A stretch of DNA of 60,232 nucleotides from an uncultured archaeon (GCA_964631415.1 CAZVZC010000007.1:1-60232), one strand, 5' to 3'. Positions 1-10,123 are shown, counted from the first letter of the stretch. Translations and numbers: made by a program. Notes: a model not told the origin generated them from the sequence alone.

Positions 1-927
1 AACAAACCATTCCTCAAGTGAAATCTGTGACTGAGTGTCCAGAACAGACTCGTTGCTGTACAGATTCTTCAGGAATCTGTTGTAGTGGTCGACATTCTCG
101 GTGCGGACTGTCGCGAACAGGCTGAAGTCCTCACTGGTCCTGTGCAGGTCCCAGACTTCGTCCATTTGGCTCACGTAGCGTGCGGTTTCTGCTATTGTGC
201 CAGGACGTGTCTTGATCTGTAGGAAGAACTTGACAGGGAGTCCCACGTGCCGGAAGCTGATATCGACGGTGTAGCCCACAATCGTGCTTCTCTCCTGGAG
301 ACGTTTCATTATTCTCGACACGGCGGGCTGGCTCAACTGTGGGTCCATCCTGTGGCCCATCTCTTCCTGTGACAGGGGCATCGGAAACTCATCCGAGGGC
401 GACTGTCTATAGATGACCCGTATCAGATCCAGCTCGCTTGTTGTAAGGGGTGGCTGTTTCGACTGCGGCTTGTCGATGACAAAACCGCGAGTCTTGTAGG
501 TGGCCAGAACTTGAACCAATTTGTAAGTCCGGGAGTCTGAAACAGCCAGCATTCGATCGATTCTGTTGAGAAACGCATCGAATCCGGCTGGACTCCTAAA
601 TCTAAGGAGCCCATGCAGAGAGTGCTCTCCAGATATGCCATCCAGCGATTCGAGTTCAGGCAACTCCAAGAGTGCCTTGCTCAGCCTGAGCTCCCGTGGA
701 TTTGTCTTGATTAGAAGAATAGTGCTTTTCTCACTGAAGACTTGGGCAGGGTCAAACACAGTGACGTATGCCATTACGACATGGTTCTGTGCTAGGCGTT
801 TCATTGTGCGGGTGACCCAGTTGCGGCTCTTGTCAAGCTGGTTTCCCAGATAGTCTGTGGTCGAACGAGAGCTCTTCAGCAGCAACCTCAGAAGAGACGA
901 CTCGTTATCCGTAATAGAATGCGACAT
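1..927 (-). CDS. Tandem (double) Lrp/AsnC-family transcriptional regulator, 3'-truncated by the window edge
   Basis: Hand translation from ATG 927 (not in the ORF track): MSHSITDNESSLLRLLLKSSR...LDKSRNWVTRTMKRL...LSQPAVSRIMKRLQERSTIVGYTVDI...VWDLHRTSEDFSLFATVR, i.e. two wHTH+RAM units; open to position 1. Confidence 0.8.
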   Translation of the reverse strand, partial: MSHSITDNESSLLRLLLKSSRSTTDYLGNQLDKSRNWVTRTMKRLAQNHVVMAYVTVFDPAQVFSEKSTILLIKTNPRELRLSKALLELPELESLDGISGEHSLHGLLRFRSPAGFDAFLNRIDRMLAVSDSRTYKLVQVLATYKTRGFVIDKPQSKQPPLTTSELDLIRVIYRQSPSDEFPMPLSQEEMGHRMDPQLSQPAVSRIMKRLQERSTIVGYTVDISFRHVGLPVKFFLQIKTRPGTIAETARYVSQMDEVWDLHRTSEDFSLFATVRTENVDHYNRFLKNLYSNESVLDTQSQISLEEWFV

Positions 928-1003
928 CCATGGCGCCCTATGATACTATGTATGCAACAAGCGGATGTAGCATTCATATAAGTCATGCCCCTGCTCATGT
1001 TCG

Positions 1004-2269
1004 GTGAATCATATGGTGGACTACAAGGTCAGGGACATCAAACTCGCTGAAGAAGGCAGGATGCTCATTGACTACGCAGAGAAGCACATGCCAGTGCTCA
1101 TGCACTTGAGGAAACAGCACTCCGAGAAGAAACCTCTGAAGGGAATGAGGATCTCAGGCTGTCTGCATGTGACCAAGGAAACTGGTGTGTTGGTTGAAAC
1201 TCTGAGGGCGGCAGGTGCCGAGGTCGCATGGTCTGGTTGCAACCCGCTCTCAACAAATGACAAGGTCGCGGCAGCTCTGGCTGCGAATGACGTACCAGTC
1301 TTCGCTTGGAATGGCTTGAGTACAGAGGAGTACTACTGGTGTATCGAGAAGACACTGGAGCGCCACCCGAACCTCACACTCGACGACGGTGCGGACCTCA
1401 TCTTCACTCTCCATAGGAAACATGAGGAGATGATACCGGATCTGTATGGCGGCTCCGAAGAAACCACCACTGGAGTGATCAGGGTCAGGGCTATGGCTGA
1501 AGATGGAGCTCTCAAGTATCCAATAATGGCTGTCAACGACGCCGATACGAAGCATATGTTCGACAATGTCTATGGCACAGGACAGAGTACGTTCGATGGG
1601 GTGCTGCGGGCCTCTGCGATACTGATTGCTGGTAAGACCGTCGTAATCTCAGGCTATGGGTTCTGTGGACGCGGTCTCACCACTAGGGCACGTGGACTAG
1701 GTGCGGACGTGATCGTGACGGAAGCAGACCCAGTTAGGGCACTACAGGCGCGGATGGATGGATACCGAGTCATGCCGATGAAGCAAGCGGCAAAGGAAGG
1801 CGACCTGTTCATCACTGCCACTGGTATGAAGGACATAATCACTGGCGAGCACATGAAGGTGATGAAGGACGGAGCCATCTTAGGCAACGCTGGACACTAT
1901 AATGTTGAAGTCAATACAAACGATCTGGCAGCTCTGAGCGACGGAAAGAAGAGAGTGCGCCCAGCACTTGATGAGTACATGCTCAAGGACGGCCGACGCC
2001 TTTACCTGTTGGGTGAGGGCAGGCTTGTCAATCTTGTCGCTGCAGAGGGGCATCCGTCTGAGGTGATGGATCTGTCATTTGCGGCCCAGCTCAATGCAAT
2101 GCTCTGGCTTTCGGTCAATGGCAGGAAGCTAAAACCTGCAGTCTATGAGTTCCCGAAGGACCTCGACAGGCAGACAGCATTGGCCAAGCTGGAAACCATG
2201 GGCATCAAAATCGACAGACTGACTCGAGAGCAGGCAGCTTACGCAAAAGCCTATGCCGAAGGCACATAG
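1004..2269 (+). CDS. ahcY: Adenosylhomocysteinase (SAH hydrolase)
   Basis: Motifs GCLHVTKET, CNPLST, DDGAD, EETTTG, K-x-x-FDN-x-YGTGQS, GEGRLVNL, GHPSEVMDLSF. Confidence 0.97.
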   Translation: MNHMVDYKVRDIKLAEEGRMLIDYAEKHMPVLMHLRKQHSEKKPLKGMRISGCLHVTKETGVLVETLRAAGAEVAWSGCNPLSTNDKVAAALAANDVPVFAWNGLSTEEYYWCIEKTLERHPNLTLDDGADLIFTLHRKHEEMIPDLYGGSEETTTGVIRVRAMAEDGALKYPIMAVNDADTKHMFDNVYGTGQSTFDGVLRASAILIAGKTVVISGYGFCGRGLTTRARGLGADVIVTEADPVRALQARMDGYRVMPMKQAAKEGDLFITATGMKDIITGEHMKVMKDGAILGNAGHYNVEVNTNDLAALSDGKKRVRPALDEYMLKDGRRLYLLGEGRLVNLVAAEGHPSEVMDLSFAAQLNAMLWLSVNGRKLKPAVYEFPKDLDRQTALAKLETMGIKIDRLTREQAAYAKAYAEGT

Positions 2270-2289
2270 TGTCCACAACTGTTGACTCC

Positions 2290-2346
2290 GGGCGCGTGTG
2301 AGGAATCATGCTCAGACGGCGAAAGCGGACACACGCGCCCATTTTC
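2290..2346 (+). terminator. GC-rich stem-loop followed by a T-run between convergent genes
   Basis: GGGCGCGTGTG (2290-2300) pairs with CACACGCGCCC (2330-2340), followed by ATTTTC. Confidence 0.45.
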
Positions 2347-2365
2347 TGTCTGCTACTCATTAGAA

Positions 2366-4144
2366 TCAGATGATCTGGAATGTGCCTGCCACAATCACAG
2401 CCAAGAGAAGTGCGTTAAGCAGAGCAGCAGTCAACAGGTTCTTGGTCAGTCCTGCAACCCAGAGTGTGACCAATGCACTGAAGCCGAATAGGACAGCGAA
2501 GGGAAGCATCAGCAGAGCCACGAACATTATGAATCCCAGTTGGGCTCCAGCAAGAAACGGAATGTACAGCAGTCCCACGACGATACCGAAGCCAGCCAAC
2601 CTATGAACAATGACGCCCACGCACTTCTTGGATAGTAACAAGAGTGAAGACCAACCTAAGGTCACTTTGGCAACTCTGTCAAGCCACAGTGCATCTACAT
2701 AGAAGAGAGGGAGAAATGTCAGAGTCAAGACTGCAGTGCATGCCGCTCTTTCCAGACTGGCAGCTCCAGTCACCTGAGGGGTAGGGGCGAGCCTGATTCC
2801 AGCCACTGATGAAGACAACCAGGACCAGAGGAACAACCAAGCTATGACCGGGACCAAGAGAGCAAACGACCTAAAGAGGTCGTCGAGCGTCAGCTTGCGA
2901 CTGCTATGAAGACCAGCATCAACGTCGGTGTGTTCTGGCTCTCCACCGGGGAGCCTTCTCAGAGAAAAGCCCACGAGAAAGCACATGGTCACAGAGTAGA
3001 GTGTCAGCGTAGTGCCAAAGGAAACTGGAATGAGGACGAACCCGGCGAACTCAAGTATGAGACCCATCAGCATGATTGAAAGAAACAGGACGCCAGCAAA
3101 GACTCCAATCAGGAGGCTGAACTCAAGGCCCCTTCTTGTCGAGAGTGTTGATGTTTCATTCTGCGTCCGTCTCGGCCTGAGCTTTTGTGGTAGTATTGAG
3201 TACGTAATGAGGAATAGAGGAAGGACTGCCAACAGAACAGATGATGACTGAATCACACCGGCAATGGCTGCGTACTGGTAGATGTGGCGAGATGGTGAAA
3301 GTGTATGTTGTTCGAGCTGGTGCACTCCTTGAAGCGAACGTCCCATCCAGTCAACTGACTGAGTGACTATCACCGGATCAGACATTTCAAACAGGTGATT
3401 GGTGCTGCTCAGCACAAGCTTCCTTGCGGTCCCGTTCAGAAAGCTGCCATAGGTTGTGTTCTCATGGACCTCGGACAGCCCGGTTGCATTCCTCAGCGAT
3501 TCGAAAGCCGATGCCGGAGATACCAGCTCGTCATACAGCCCGCAGGCAATCATGAGATTCTGAGGATGAGTCTGGTTCAGGGGCAACGACAGTCCCCCGA
3601 AGTTCTCACCTATCCCTCCACCAATGATCACAGTGGCATTGGGCTGTACAGGCATTGCCTGCATGAGGAGTGCGACGCCAGCACCCAATGAGTGTCCAAG
3701 GACACCATAGGTGAAATTGCTGGTGCCGGGGTCGCTCAGCTGGACATAGCGAACAGCCTCGTAAGCATCTTTGGCGACCTCTAAGAACGTGGAGAAGCTG
3801 AACCTCTCAGAGGACACCCCATGGCCAGCCAAGTCTACAGACACGACTGTGAAGTTCCTTCTTGCCAGTTCAATGTTGAAGGGCAGCATGGCATCTCTTG
3901 ATGCAGAGATTCCATGGATGGTCAGGACTGCGGGCATGGGACCGCTATAGGTCGGTGTGCGGGGCTTGAAGATCGAGAAATCGACGATTCTGCCATTCGC
4001 CCGGACAATTTGGAAGTTTCCCACAGTGACTTCACCGAGAACTCTCTCAGCAGACCAGCCCATGTAGATTGCCGATGCAAGAACAACTGACAGTATGAAG
4101 AGTGCGATGTATCGTGGTTCCCTTGGCAACTTCCTTCCGCTCAC
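2366..4144 (-). CDS. Alpha/beta hydrolase with N-terminal anchor and C-terminal multi-pass membrane domain
   Basis: HG oxyanion motif, DLAGHG, GHSLG nucleophile, DELV, NH; many hydrophobic segments at the C-terminus. Confidence 0.85.
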   Translation of the reverse strand: MSGRKLPREPRYIALFILSVVLASAIYMGWSAERVLGEVTVGNFQIVRANGRIVDFSIFKPRTPTYSGPMPAVLTIHGISASRDAMLPFNIELARRNFTVVSVDLAGHGVSSERFSFSTFLEVAKDAYEAVRYVQLSDPGTSNFTYGVLGHSLGAGVALLMQAMPVQPNATVIIGGGIGENFGGLSLPLNQTHPQNLMIACGLYDELVSPASAFESLRNATGLSEVHENTTYGSFLNGTARKLVLSSTNHLFEMSDPVIVTQSVDWMGRSLQGVHQLEQHTLSPSRHIYQYAAIAGVIQSSSVLLAVLPLFLITYSILPQKLRPRRTQNETSTLSTRRGLEFSLLIGVFAGVLFLSIMLMGLILEFAGFVLIPVSFGTTLTLYSVTMCFLVGFSLRRLPGGEPEHTDVDAGLHSSRKLTLDDLFRSFALLVPVIAWLFLWSWLSSSVAGIRLAPTPQVTGAASLERAACTAVLTLTFLPLFYVDALWLDRVAKVTLGWSSLLLLSKKCVGVIVHRLAGFGIVVGLLYIPFLAGAQLGFIMFVALLMLPFAVLFGFSALVTLWVAGLTKNLLTAALLNALLLAVIVAGTFQII

Positions 4145-4295
4145 TGTGAGTAGATTGAGTCTGAGAGATAAGTGTTGGTGCTAAATGCCTGCTTGGAAAC
4201 GTATAGAAGGACCTCTGTAGAACTCGCGCCAATACTCTCAAATACACCGGAATACACCCCCTAGCTGATTTTCACTGTAAGGAGTCGATTCTGTC

Positions 4296-5711
4296 TTGTC
4301 TGAGCTAGAAGAGAGCGCCAAGATGCTCTCTGATTTTGGGTTAACACCCTATGAGGCCAAGGTCTATCTGGCCGTGGTTAAGCTGGGTACGACCTCTGCA
4401 GGCAGGATCTCAAAGCTCGCGGGGATTCGTCGAGAGGAGGTCTATAGGACTCTGCCGAAGCTTGAGAAGGGAGGACTGGTCGACAGAGTGCTAGGCAGAC
4501 CTGTCAAGGTGAAGGCCCTGCCTCTTGAAGATGCTCTCTCGAAACTAATCGCACGCAAGAGGGAGGAGTCGGACAAGCACATACTGGAGTTGACTGCCAA
4601 GAAAGATAGTGTCCTGAGCACCTTCAGGCGAACAAATGAGGAAATAGACAGGGATGAGGAAATCTCAAACTTCGTCCTGATATCTGAAAAGGATGCAATG
4701 ACAAAGAGGACCGCCTCTATGATAGCAGGAGCAAAGAGTTCAATTGACATTGTGGACTCAAGCGAGAATGTCGCTCGACTCCTGTCAGCCTATACAGATG
4801 ATTTCAGGCGACTCAAGAGCAGGAATGTCAAGGTCCGCATCCTTACAGACTGTCCTGATGATGAGCAGATGATTCCGAGGACACTGGAGAAGTGTGTGCC
4901 GGGACACTCTTTCTCTCTGAAATACGGTGACGGATTCCCCAGTCGTTATGTTATGTTCGATGGAAAGGAGGCCATGATTGTCACGTCCGCAGAAGGCGTG
5001 GCGGCAGAAGGCAAGTGTCTGTGGACCAGCGATGGCAGTCTGCTTGGGCTCATAGAGAGAGACTTCGAGGACCACTTCCGAACTTCAACGGACTGGAAGA
5101 CCTTCAAACTCTCGCCATCTGAGAAGACCACTCGTGTGCTGAAACGACTCAGGCCGAGAGACCATGTGATCCTTGTCTACGACTCTCAAGTCGCAAAGCG
5201 GAACACGCTCTTCAACTACATCAAGACAGGCTTGGAGAACGGCGAGGCCGCGAAGTACATATGTTCAGAAGAAACCCCGGATGAAATAAGGCGAGGAATG
5301 GAGCAATTCGGCGTCGAAGTAAGGGAGTACGAGAAGTCTGGTGCACTTGATGTCCTGAGCTACGATGGTTTCTACATTAGAAACGGCGAGTTCAGCATGC
5401 CAGAAGTCATGACCTCATGGGACAATCTCTACAGAGAGGCCATGACAGATGGATTCCGGGGCATGAGGGCCACTGGTGAGATGAGCTGCTTCATCCAGCA
5501 CCAGATGATTCCCGAACTCATACAGTACGAACAGGCACTGCATACCTTCCTTGACGTCCCGATGACTGGCATATGTGCCTATAATGCTGATATGCTGGCG
5601 AGGATCGACAACCCGATAGATGTCTATTCTGAGCTGGTCAAGGCACACGGGAAGGTGCTGTTCGCTGGAAAAGATAGCATAATGGGCAGAATCGAGATTC
5701 GCAAGGCCTGA
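4296..5711 (+). CDS. TrmB-family regulator (wHTH + PLD-like effector domain) fused to a C-terminal MEDS sensory domain
   Basis: LSDFGLTPYEAKVYLA...VYRTLPKLEKGGLV (TrmB); DHVILVY...IKTGLENGE...GFRGMRATGEM...ICAYN (MEDS). Confidence 0.85.
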   Translation: MSELEESAKMLSDFGLTPYEAKVYLAVVKLGTTSAGRISKLAGIRREEVYRTLPKLEKGGLVDRVLGRPVKVKALPLEDALSKLIARKREESDKHILELTAKKDSVLSTFRRTNEEIDRDEEISNFVLISEKDAMTKRTASMIAGAKSSIDIVDSSENVARLLSAYTDDFRRLKSRNVKVRILTDCPDDEQMIPRTLEKCVPGHSFSLKYGDGFPSRYVMFDGKEAMIVTSAEGVAAEGKCLWTSDGSLLGLIERDFEDHFRTSTDWKTFKLSPSEKTTRVLKRLRPRDHVILVYDSQVAKRNTLFNYIKTGLENGEAAKYICSEETPDEIRRGMEQFGVEVREYEKSGALDVLSYDGFYIRNGEFSMPEVMTSWDNLYREAMTDGFRGMRATGEMSCFIQHQMIPELIQYEQALHTFLDVPMTGICAYNADMLARIDNPIDVYSELVKAHGKVLFAGKDSIMGRIEIRKA

Positions 5712-5758
5712 GAGGGGACCTTGCGGTCTGAGATGCTATCCTCTCTCATTCGAAGAAT

Positions 5759-6019
5759 CTACACTGGGAAGTATAGATACTGGCGCATGTCCTGCAAACA
5801 CGGAATGCGTCGGATCAGCTTTCGTCTCAACAGCTTTCTCAGGGCGTATCTGACGGTTCGAGGGGCAAAAGAAACCTCGTCTACAATCTGCTTTGGAGTA
5901 GCTCCACGCATACCGTTCTCTTGCAAGATATGCAGCACGATTGACTGGCTTTTCGTGAGCTTGCGACTGTTCAGCTCCGCCGCCAGTTGTTCATCACTTA
6001 TCATAATTGCATCAAACAC
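5759..6019 (-). CDS. Small winged-HTH DNA-binding protein
   Basis: LTKSQSIVLHIL...TPKQIVDEVSFAPRTVRYALRKL...DMRQYLY. Confidence 0.8.
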   Translation of the reverse strand: MFDAIMISDEQLAAELNSRKLTKSQSIVLHILQENGMRGATPKQIVDEVSFAPRTVRYALRKLLRRKLIRRIPCLQDMRQYLYFPV

Positions 6020-6065
6020 CTGTTTTTTTTAGACAAAACACCTTCGATGATTTGATTTAACCATG

Positions 6066-6089
6066 TGTGACTGTCTCCACACAGTCACA
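6066..6089. promoter_or_regulatory. Perfect 9-bp inverted repeat, candidate operator
   Basis: TGTGACTGT-N6-ACAGTCACA just upstream of the wHTH gene. Confidence 0.45.
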
Positions 6090-6338
6090 TGTGTCGTGGG
6101 TGGGCAATAGGCACTTGGCCATGATGAGAATACGAGCTTCAAGATGCATAGCTCCGGGCCCATCGTCAAGTGAGATCGATTCCACCTTCACAACGCCACA
6201 CTATCAGCCGAAGGAGATTGAGAGCTGGTCCAGCACAACAGAATGAACCTCGCTTAAGGGATTGAAACCGACTCGGTCCGGTCAACAATGCTTAAGATGC
6301 ATGTCCCTTGCTTGGTGACCGCACTGGGATGGTATCTG

Positions 6339-6632
6339 ATGGTCTGGTGTGTCATTGTGAAAGGGCCCTGCCGAGGCAAGAAATGTGACTACTGGACACG
6401 AGTGAGAATCAAGAAGATGCCCATCGACCAGATCGTTGACGAAATCCGTAGCAGTCTTGCGCAATGTCATGATGACTGCTGTCAGAGCGCTGAAGACGCC
6501 TTGAAACAGTACTGGACTGCCGCTGGTATCAAGGATATGAAGCGATTGTGTCAAGAGGAACCCGACTTGTGCGCCAAGATCAGGCAAATTGAGGATGAGG
6601 TGTACTCGTTTGCTAAGCCCTCCTCTAGCTGA
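6339..6632 (+). CDS. Small Cys-rich hypothetical protein
   Basis: MVWCVIVKGPCRGKKCDYW...CHDDCC...LCQEEPDLC; start moved from 6288 to ATG 6339. Confidence 0.6.
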   Translation: MVWCVIVKGPCRGKKCDYWTRVRIKKMPIDQIVDEIRSSLAQCHDDCCQSAEDALKQYWTAAGIKDMKRLCQEEPDLCAKIRQIEDEVYSFAKPSSS

Positions 6633-8274
6633 ACTCACGTGGTACTGGGACCATGTCGCCACGATTGAGCAACCACTTCGGATCGAGTGCCTTCTTCACT
6701 GCCTGCATCTCAGATATCCCCTTTGGGCCGTACATCATTTCGAGGAAGACTCGTTTGAGCTTCCCGATTCCATGTTCGGCAGCGACTGTACCGCCGAGCT
6801 CGACTGCCTTCCTTGCGAAGAGCATGTAGTTTTCCATGCCCTGTTCGACCTCCTCATTGTTGCGTGGTATCATGTTCACGTGTAGGTGGTTGTTTCCAAT
6901 GTGGCCGAAGACGACATACTCCATGCCCTGTCGCTCAAGTGTGTCATGATAGAACTTGAGGTATTCCCGGAGAGCTTGATCGGGGACAGCCATGTCCGTT
7001 CCGATCTTGTGTACTTCATGATACTCCTGCTTGCGCTTCGCGATGATGGCGTTGATGGTTTCAGGCACGAAGTGGCGCACCACCTTCATCTTCTCCAACT
7101 CTGTGCGGTCGAGTCCTGCCCAGCTAGACTCTGAAGAAGAGTTGTGACTATTCAGCATCTCTTCGAGAGCCAGTACTTTCTCCTCCATCTCCTCATCACG
7201 GTATGGAAACTCGAAAAACACGATTGCTTGTGTGCGGTCTGTCAATGCAGGAACCTTGATTCCGGCTGAGCTAGCTTTCTCACGAATCATCTTTACGGCA
7301 GTAGGTCCGAAGTACTCTAGGAAGTCCATTTTCGCCTTTGAGCCGTCAGATCTGGCATCGTAAACAAAACCAACAGCGTCATCTTCACTGGGGAAGAAAG
7401 CCATGACTGTCATTATGTTCTTGGGCATCTCCGCCAAGATGAGTTCAACCTCAGTGACTACGCCGAGTATTCCCTCAGAACCAATGAACAGGTCAATAAG
7501 GTCCATGTCCGGCTTTGCATACAGGCCAGCTGCATTCTTGGTCTTCGGCATTGAATAGCTCGGCACCACGAACTCGACCTTTGACCCATTGCTGAGGACG
7601 ACTCTGAACTTGCGGTCCTGAGCGAACACCTGACCGCGTTCAATGTCTAAGACGTCGCCATTGACCAGCACAACCCTGACTCTGCATACCCATTCTCTGA
7701 CTGCCCCGTACCTAAAGGTCCTCGCCCCTGAAGCGTTGCAGGCAACGAGTCCACCCAGCCATGCACTTGTTTCCGTTGGGTCGACAGGGAAGTAGTAGCT
7801 CCGACTATCGGCAAGGAACTTCTCAAAAGCCTGTTGCTGGTCTTTGGTCCCTTTTCCTTTCAGAACCCCGAGTGCCTTCGATGTGACTGCTTTGATCAAG
7901 TCCTCAAGCAGCATCCCGGACTGCGCTGCTACCGAGTAGGTTTGCTTCTCGGGTGAATGACTGAGATAGAGCAGCTGGTTCATCTTCTCCAGATTCAGGG
8001 CCACGCCCCCCAGAGGGACTGCTCCGCCGGTGAGACCTGTCCGTCCGCCCTGAATGGTGATATGCTGACCTTGCCTGTATGCATTCCTGACGACCGTTGC
8101 CAGTTCTTCCTCACTCGCTGGAAAGACTATCTGATCGGCATGACCATCAAATGAGTGCGACTCGTCATCAAGGTATAGCCGATAGGTGTCAGCTATCTCC
8201 TTGGGGTCAGTGACCACTTTCATCTTCGACAAATCAGCATCTCTGGACTTGTATGCTCTGATCTCGTTGGTCAT
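6625..8274 (-). CDS. FAD-binding oxidoreductase, GlcD/D-lactate dehydrogenase family
   Basis: QGGRTGLTGGAVP, GGLVACNASG, FIGSEGILGVVT, FGHIGNNHLHVN, AEHGIGKLK; start uncertain (8274-8316). Confidence 0.9.
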   Translation of the reverse strand: MTNEIRAYKSRDADLSKMKVVTDPKEIADTYRLYLDDESHSFDGHADQIVFPASEEELATVVRNAYRQGQHITIQGGRTGLTGGAVPLGGVALNLEKMNQLLYLSHSPEKQTYSVAAQSGMLLEDLIKAVTSKALGVLKGKGTKDQQQAFEKFLADSRSYYFPVDPTETSAWLGGLVACNASGARTFRYGAVREWVCRVRVVLVNGDVLDIERGQVFAQDRKFRVVLSNGSKVEFVVPSYSMPKTKNAAGLYAKPDMDLIDLFIGSEGILGVVTEVELILAEMPKNIMTVMAFFPSEDDAVGFVYDARSDGSKAKMDFLEYFGPTAVKMIREKASSAGIKVPALTDRTQAIVFFEFPYRDEEMEEKVLALEEMLNSHNSSSESSWAGLDRTELEKMKVVRHFVPETINAIIAKRKQEYHEVHKIGTDMAVPDQALREYLKFYHDTLERQGMEYVVFGHIGNNHLHVNMIPRNNEEVEQGMENYMLFARKAVELGGTVAAEHGIGKLKRVFLEMMYGPKGISEMQAVKKALDPKWLLNRGDMVPVPREFS

Positions 8275-8443
8275 CGTTTCCACCATCGAACGACTGACAG
8301 GCGTCACCCTGAGCATAGGATATCAAAGCTGCGGTATGTCCGCCTATTACTAACTTGTATAGGGAAACACAGCCACACCAACAGGTCCAAGATGCCCCTT
8401 GAATGGTTGCCAAACACTCAGTGATGTAGCTGAAACTGAAGGG

Positions 8444-9355
8444 ATGACCGTGAGGATAGCAGCTATCTCAGACATACATGTCCGTAGCGACGGGAGCGAC
8501 AAGGCACTTGTGGATGGAATCCGGACGCGTGTTGAGGAATTGTCACCGGACGTGTTCATCATAGCAGGGGACATCAGTGACAGGTTGCAGATACTCTCGC
8601 AAACGCTGGCGAAGCTCAATCTCCCAAAGTGCGTGAATCTCTACGTAGCGGGCAACCACGACCTGTGGCTTGAGGAAGACAACGGTTTCAGTTCACTCGA
8701 GAAGTATTCCCATGTGGTGGGAGAAACCTGTCGTGAGAATGGGTTCATCCATCTGCCGGACAATCCATACATCATTGATGACCTAGCATTTGTTGGTAGT
8801 ATCGGTTGGTATGACTACTCACTAAGAAGCCATGACCTGCACATTCCCGACAGCGCGTATGAACAGAAGGAGTTCAGAGGGGAGGTCTGGTTTGATGCCT
8901 TCAGCATCGAATGGGACTTTAGCGACCGCGAGGCAACTGAGCTGTTCAACCGAAGACTTGAGTATGACCTCTCCAACCTCCCCGGTGAAACTGAGCGCGT
9001 GGTCTATGTGTCACATCACATTCCTTTCAGAGAGCTATCCTTTTACAAGGGCAGACTGCCATGGGACTTCTTCTCGGCCTTCATGGGAGCAGAAAGCACA
9101 GGCAAGATCCTTCGGAAGGACAGTAGGGTCAGACTGTCCATCTCTGGCCACAGCCATGTCAGGAAGAAGATGCAGATAGGGCCAATCACTGCATTGACTG
9201 TTCCTCTCGGCTACGGTAGACCATCGGACGACGGAATCGCAGATCTAGTCCGCGCGGCAGTTGCTCAGATTGACATCAGCAGTGAAACAATAGATGTACC
9301 GGGCTTTGTCGAGGGGGACATATGTGCAAACCTCCCCTATGGCGATCATCCATGA
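8444..9355 (+). CDS. Calcineurin-like metallophosphoesterase
   Basis: SDIH, AGD, GNHD, SHH, GHSH motifs. Confidence 0.9.
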   Translation: MTVRIAAISDIHVRSDGSDKALVDGIRTRVEELSPDVFIIAGDISDRLQILSQTLAKLNLPKCVNLYVAGNHDLWLEEDNGFSSLEKYSHVVGETCRENGFIHLPDNPYIIDDLAFVGSIGWYDYSLRSHDLHIPDSAYEQKEFRGEVWFDAFSIEWDFSDREATELFNRRLEYDLSNLPGETERVVYVSHHIPFRELSFYKGRLPWDFFSAFMGAESTGKILRKDSRVRLSISGHSHVRKKMQIGPITALTVPLGYGRPSDDGIADLVRAAVAQIDISSETIDVPGFVEGDICANLPYGDHP

Positions 9356-9403
9356 GAATCCGTGCACAACAAGTCCGCGAGTCTTTGGGGGTGGACAGAA
9401 GGA

Positions 9404-9464
9404 AGGTGGCGTCCGCCTCCGCCATATGCCGCCGGGAGGACGAGCACAACGGAAACTGGACGCC
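9404..9464 (-). ncRNA. Candidate small structured RNA (unassigned)
   Basis: 7-bp terminal stem GGCGTCC/GGACGCC enclosing a CCTCC/GGAGG stem; AT-rich TATA-like TAATTAAA about 23 nt upstream on the minus strand. Confidence 0.3.
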
Positions 9465-9634
9465 TAAGATGATATGTAATCATTTCTTTAATTATCTTTA
9501 GTTAGCACGTCTGGAACTGGTGTTCTACACTCCGTATATTGCTGGGTGGGACACTGTGCTGCACTCCGCGTTAGCACAAGCGGATTCTTATCGGGAACCG
9601 CCATGTCCGCCGCAGCATATGAGAGGCTGAGTCA

Positions 9635-10123
9635 TTGTCAAAACGGGCACGATGTCCCTACTGTGACGAGCTCTTCCGTCGGGACATATTGGACGAGCAT
9701 GTCATGCGGTGCAGACAGGAGAGGAGGGCGCCCAAGGGAAGGACTGTGAGAAAGGTTGTGATTATCGATGGGAGCAATGTGGCATACTACCTCTCCACTG
9801 ACGGACAGCCAAGGCTGCAGAACATTGTGACCGCCAGTCGTAGCCTAGTCAGTGTGGGGTTTGTCCCCATTGTTGTTGTTTCTGCGGCCTTGATTCACCA
9901 AATCGATAAAGAGGAAACTCTTGCAGACATGATATCCAAGAGGCAGGTCCTCCAGGCACCAAAGGGTACTGATGACGACCTTCTAATCATAAAGACTGCG
10001 GAGAAAGAGGCTGCAGACATAGTCAGCAACGACAGGTTCCTAGATTGGGTCGATAGGTTTCCATGGCTGCCGTCTAGGCTCAGAAGATACAGGATGTCGC
10101 CGTCAGGTCTCATACTAGTCTAA
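9635..10123 (+). CDS. Zc3h12a/NYN-type PIN ribonuclease with an N-terminal C2HC zinc finger
   Basis: CPYC-x11-H-x3-C; VIIDGSNVA, DDD, IVSNDRFLD. Confidence 0.85.
   Translation: MSKRARCPYCDELFRRDILDEHVMRCRQERRAPKGRTVRKVVIIDGSNVAYYLSTDGQPRLQNIVTASRSLVSVGFVPIVVVSAALIHQIDKEETLADMISKRQVLQAPKGTDDDLLIIKTAEKEAADIVSNDRFLDWVDRFPWLPSRLRRYRMSPSGLILV

Noticed and set aside
2290-2340. SECIS or SAH riboswitch after ahcY
   Set aside because: No SECIS core, no in-frame UGA in the flanking genes, and it lies 3' of the gene
6121-6180. C/D box sRNA (ATGATGA)
   Set aside because: No CTGA D box at suitable spacing
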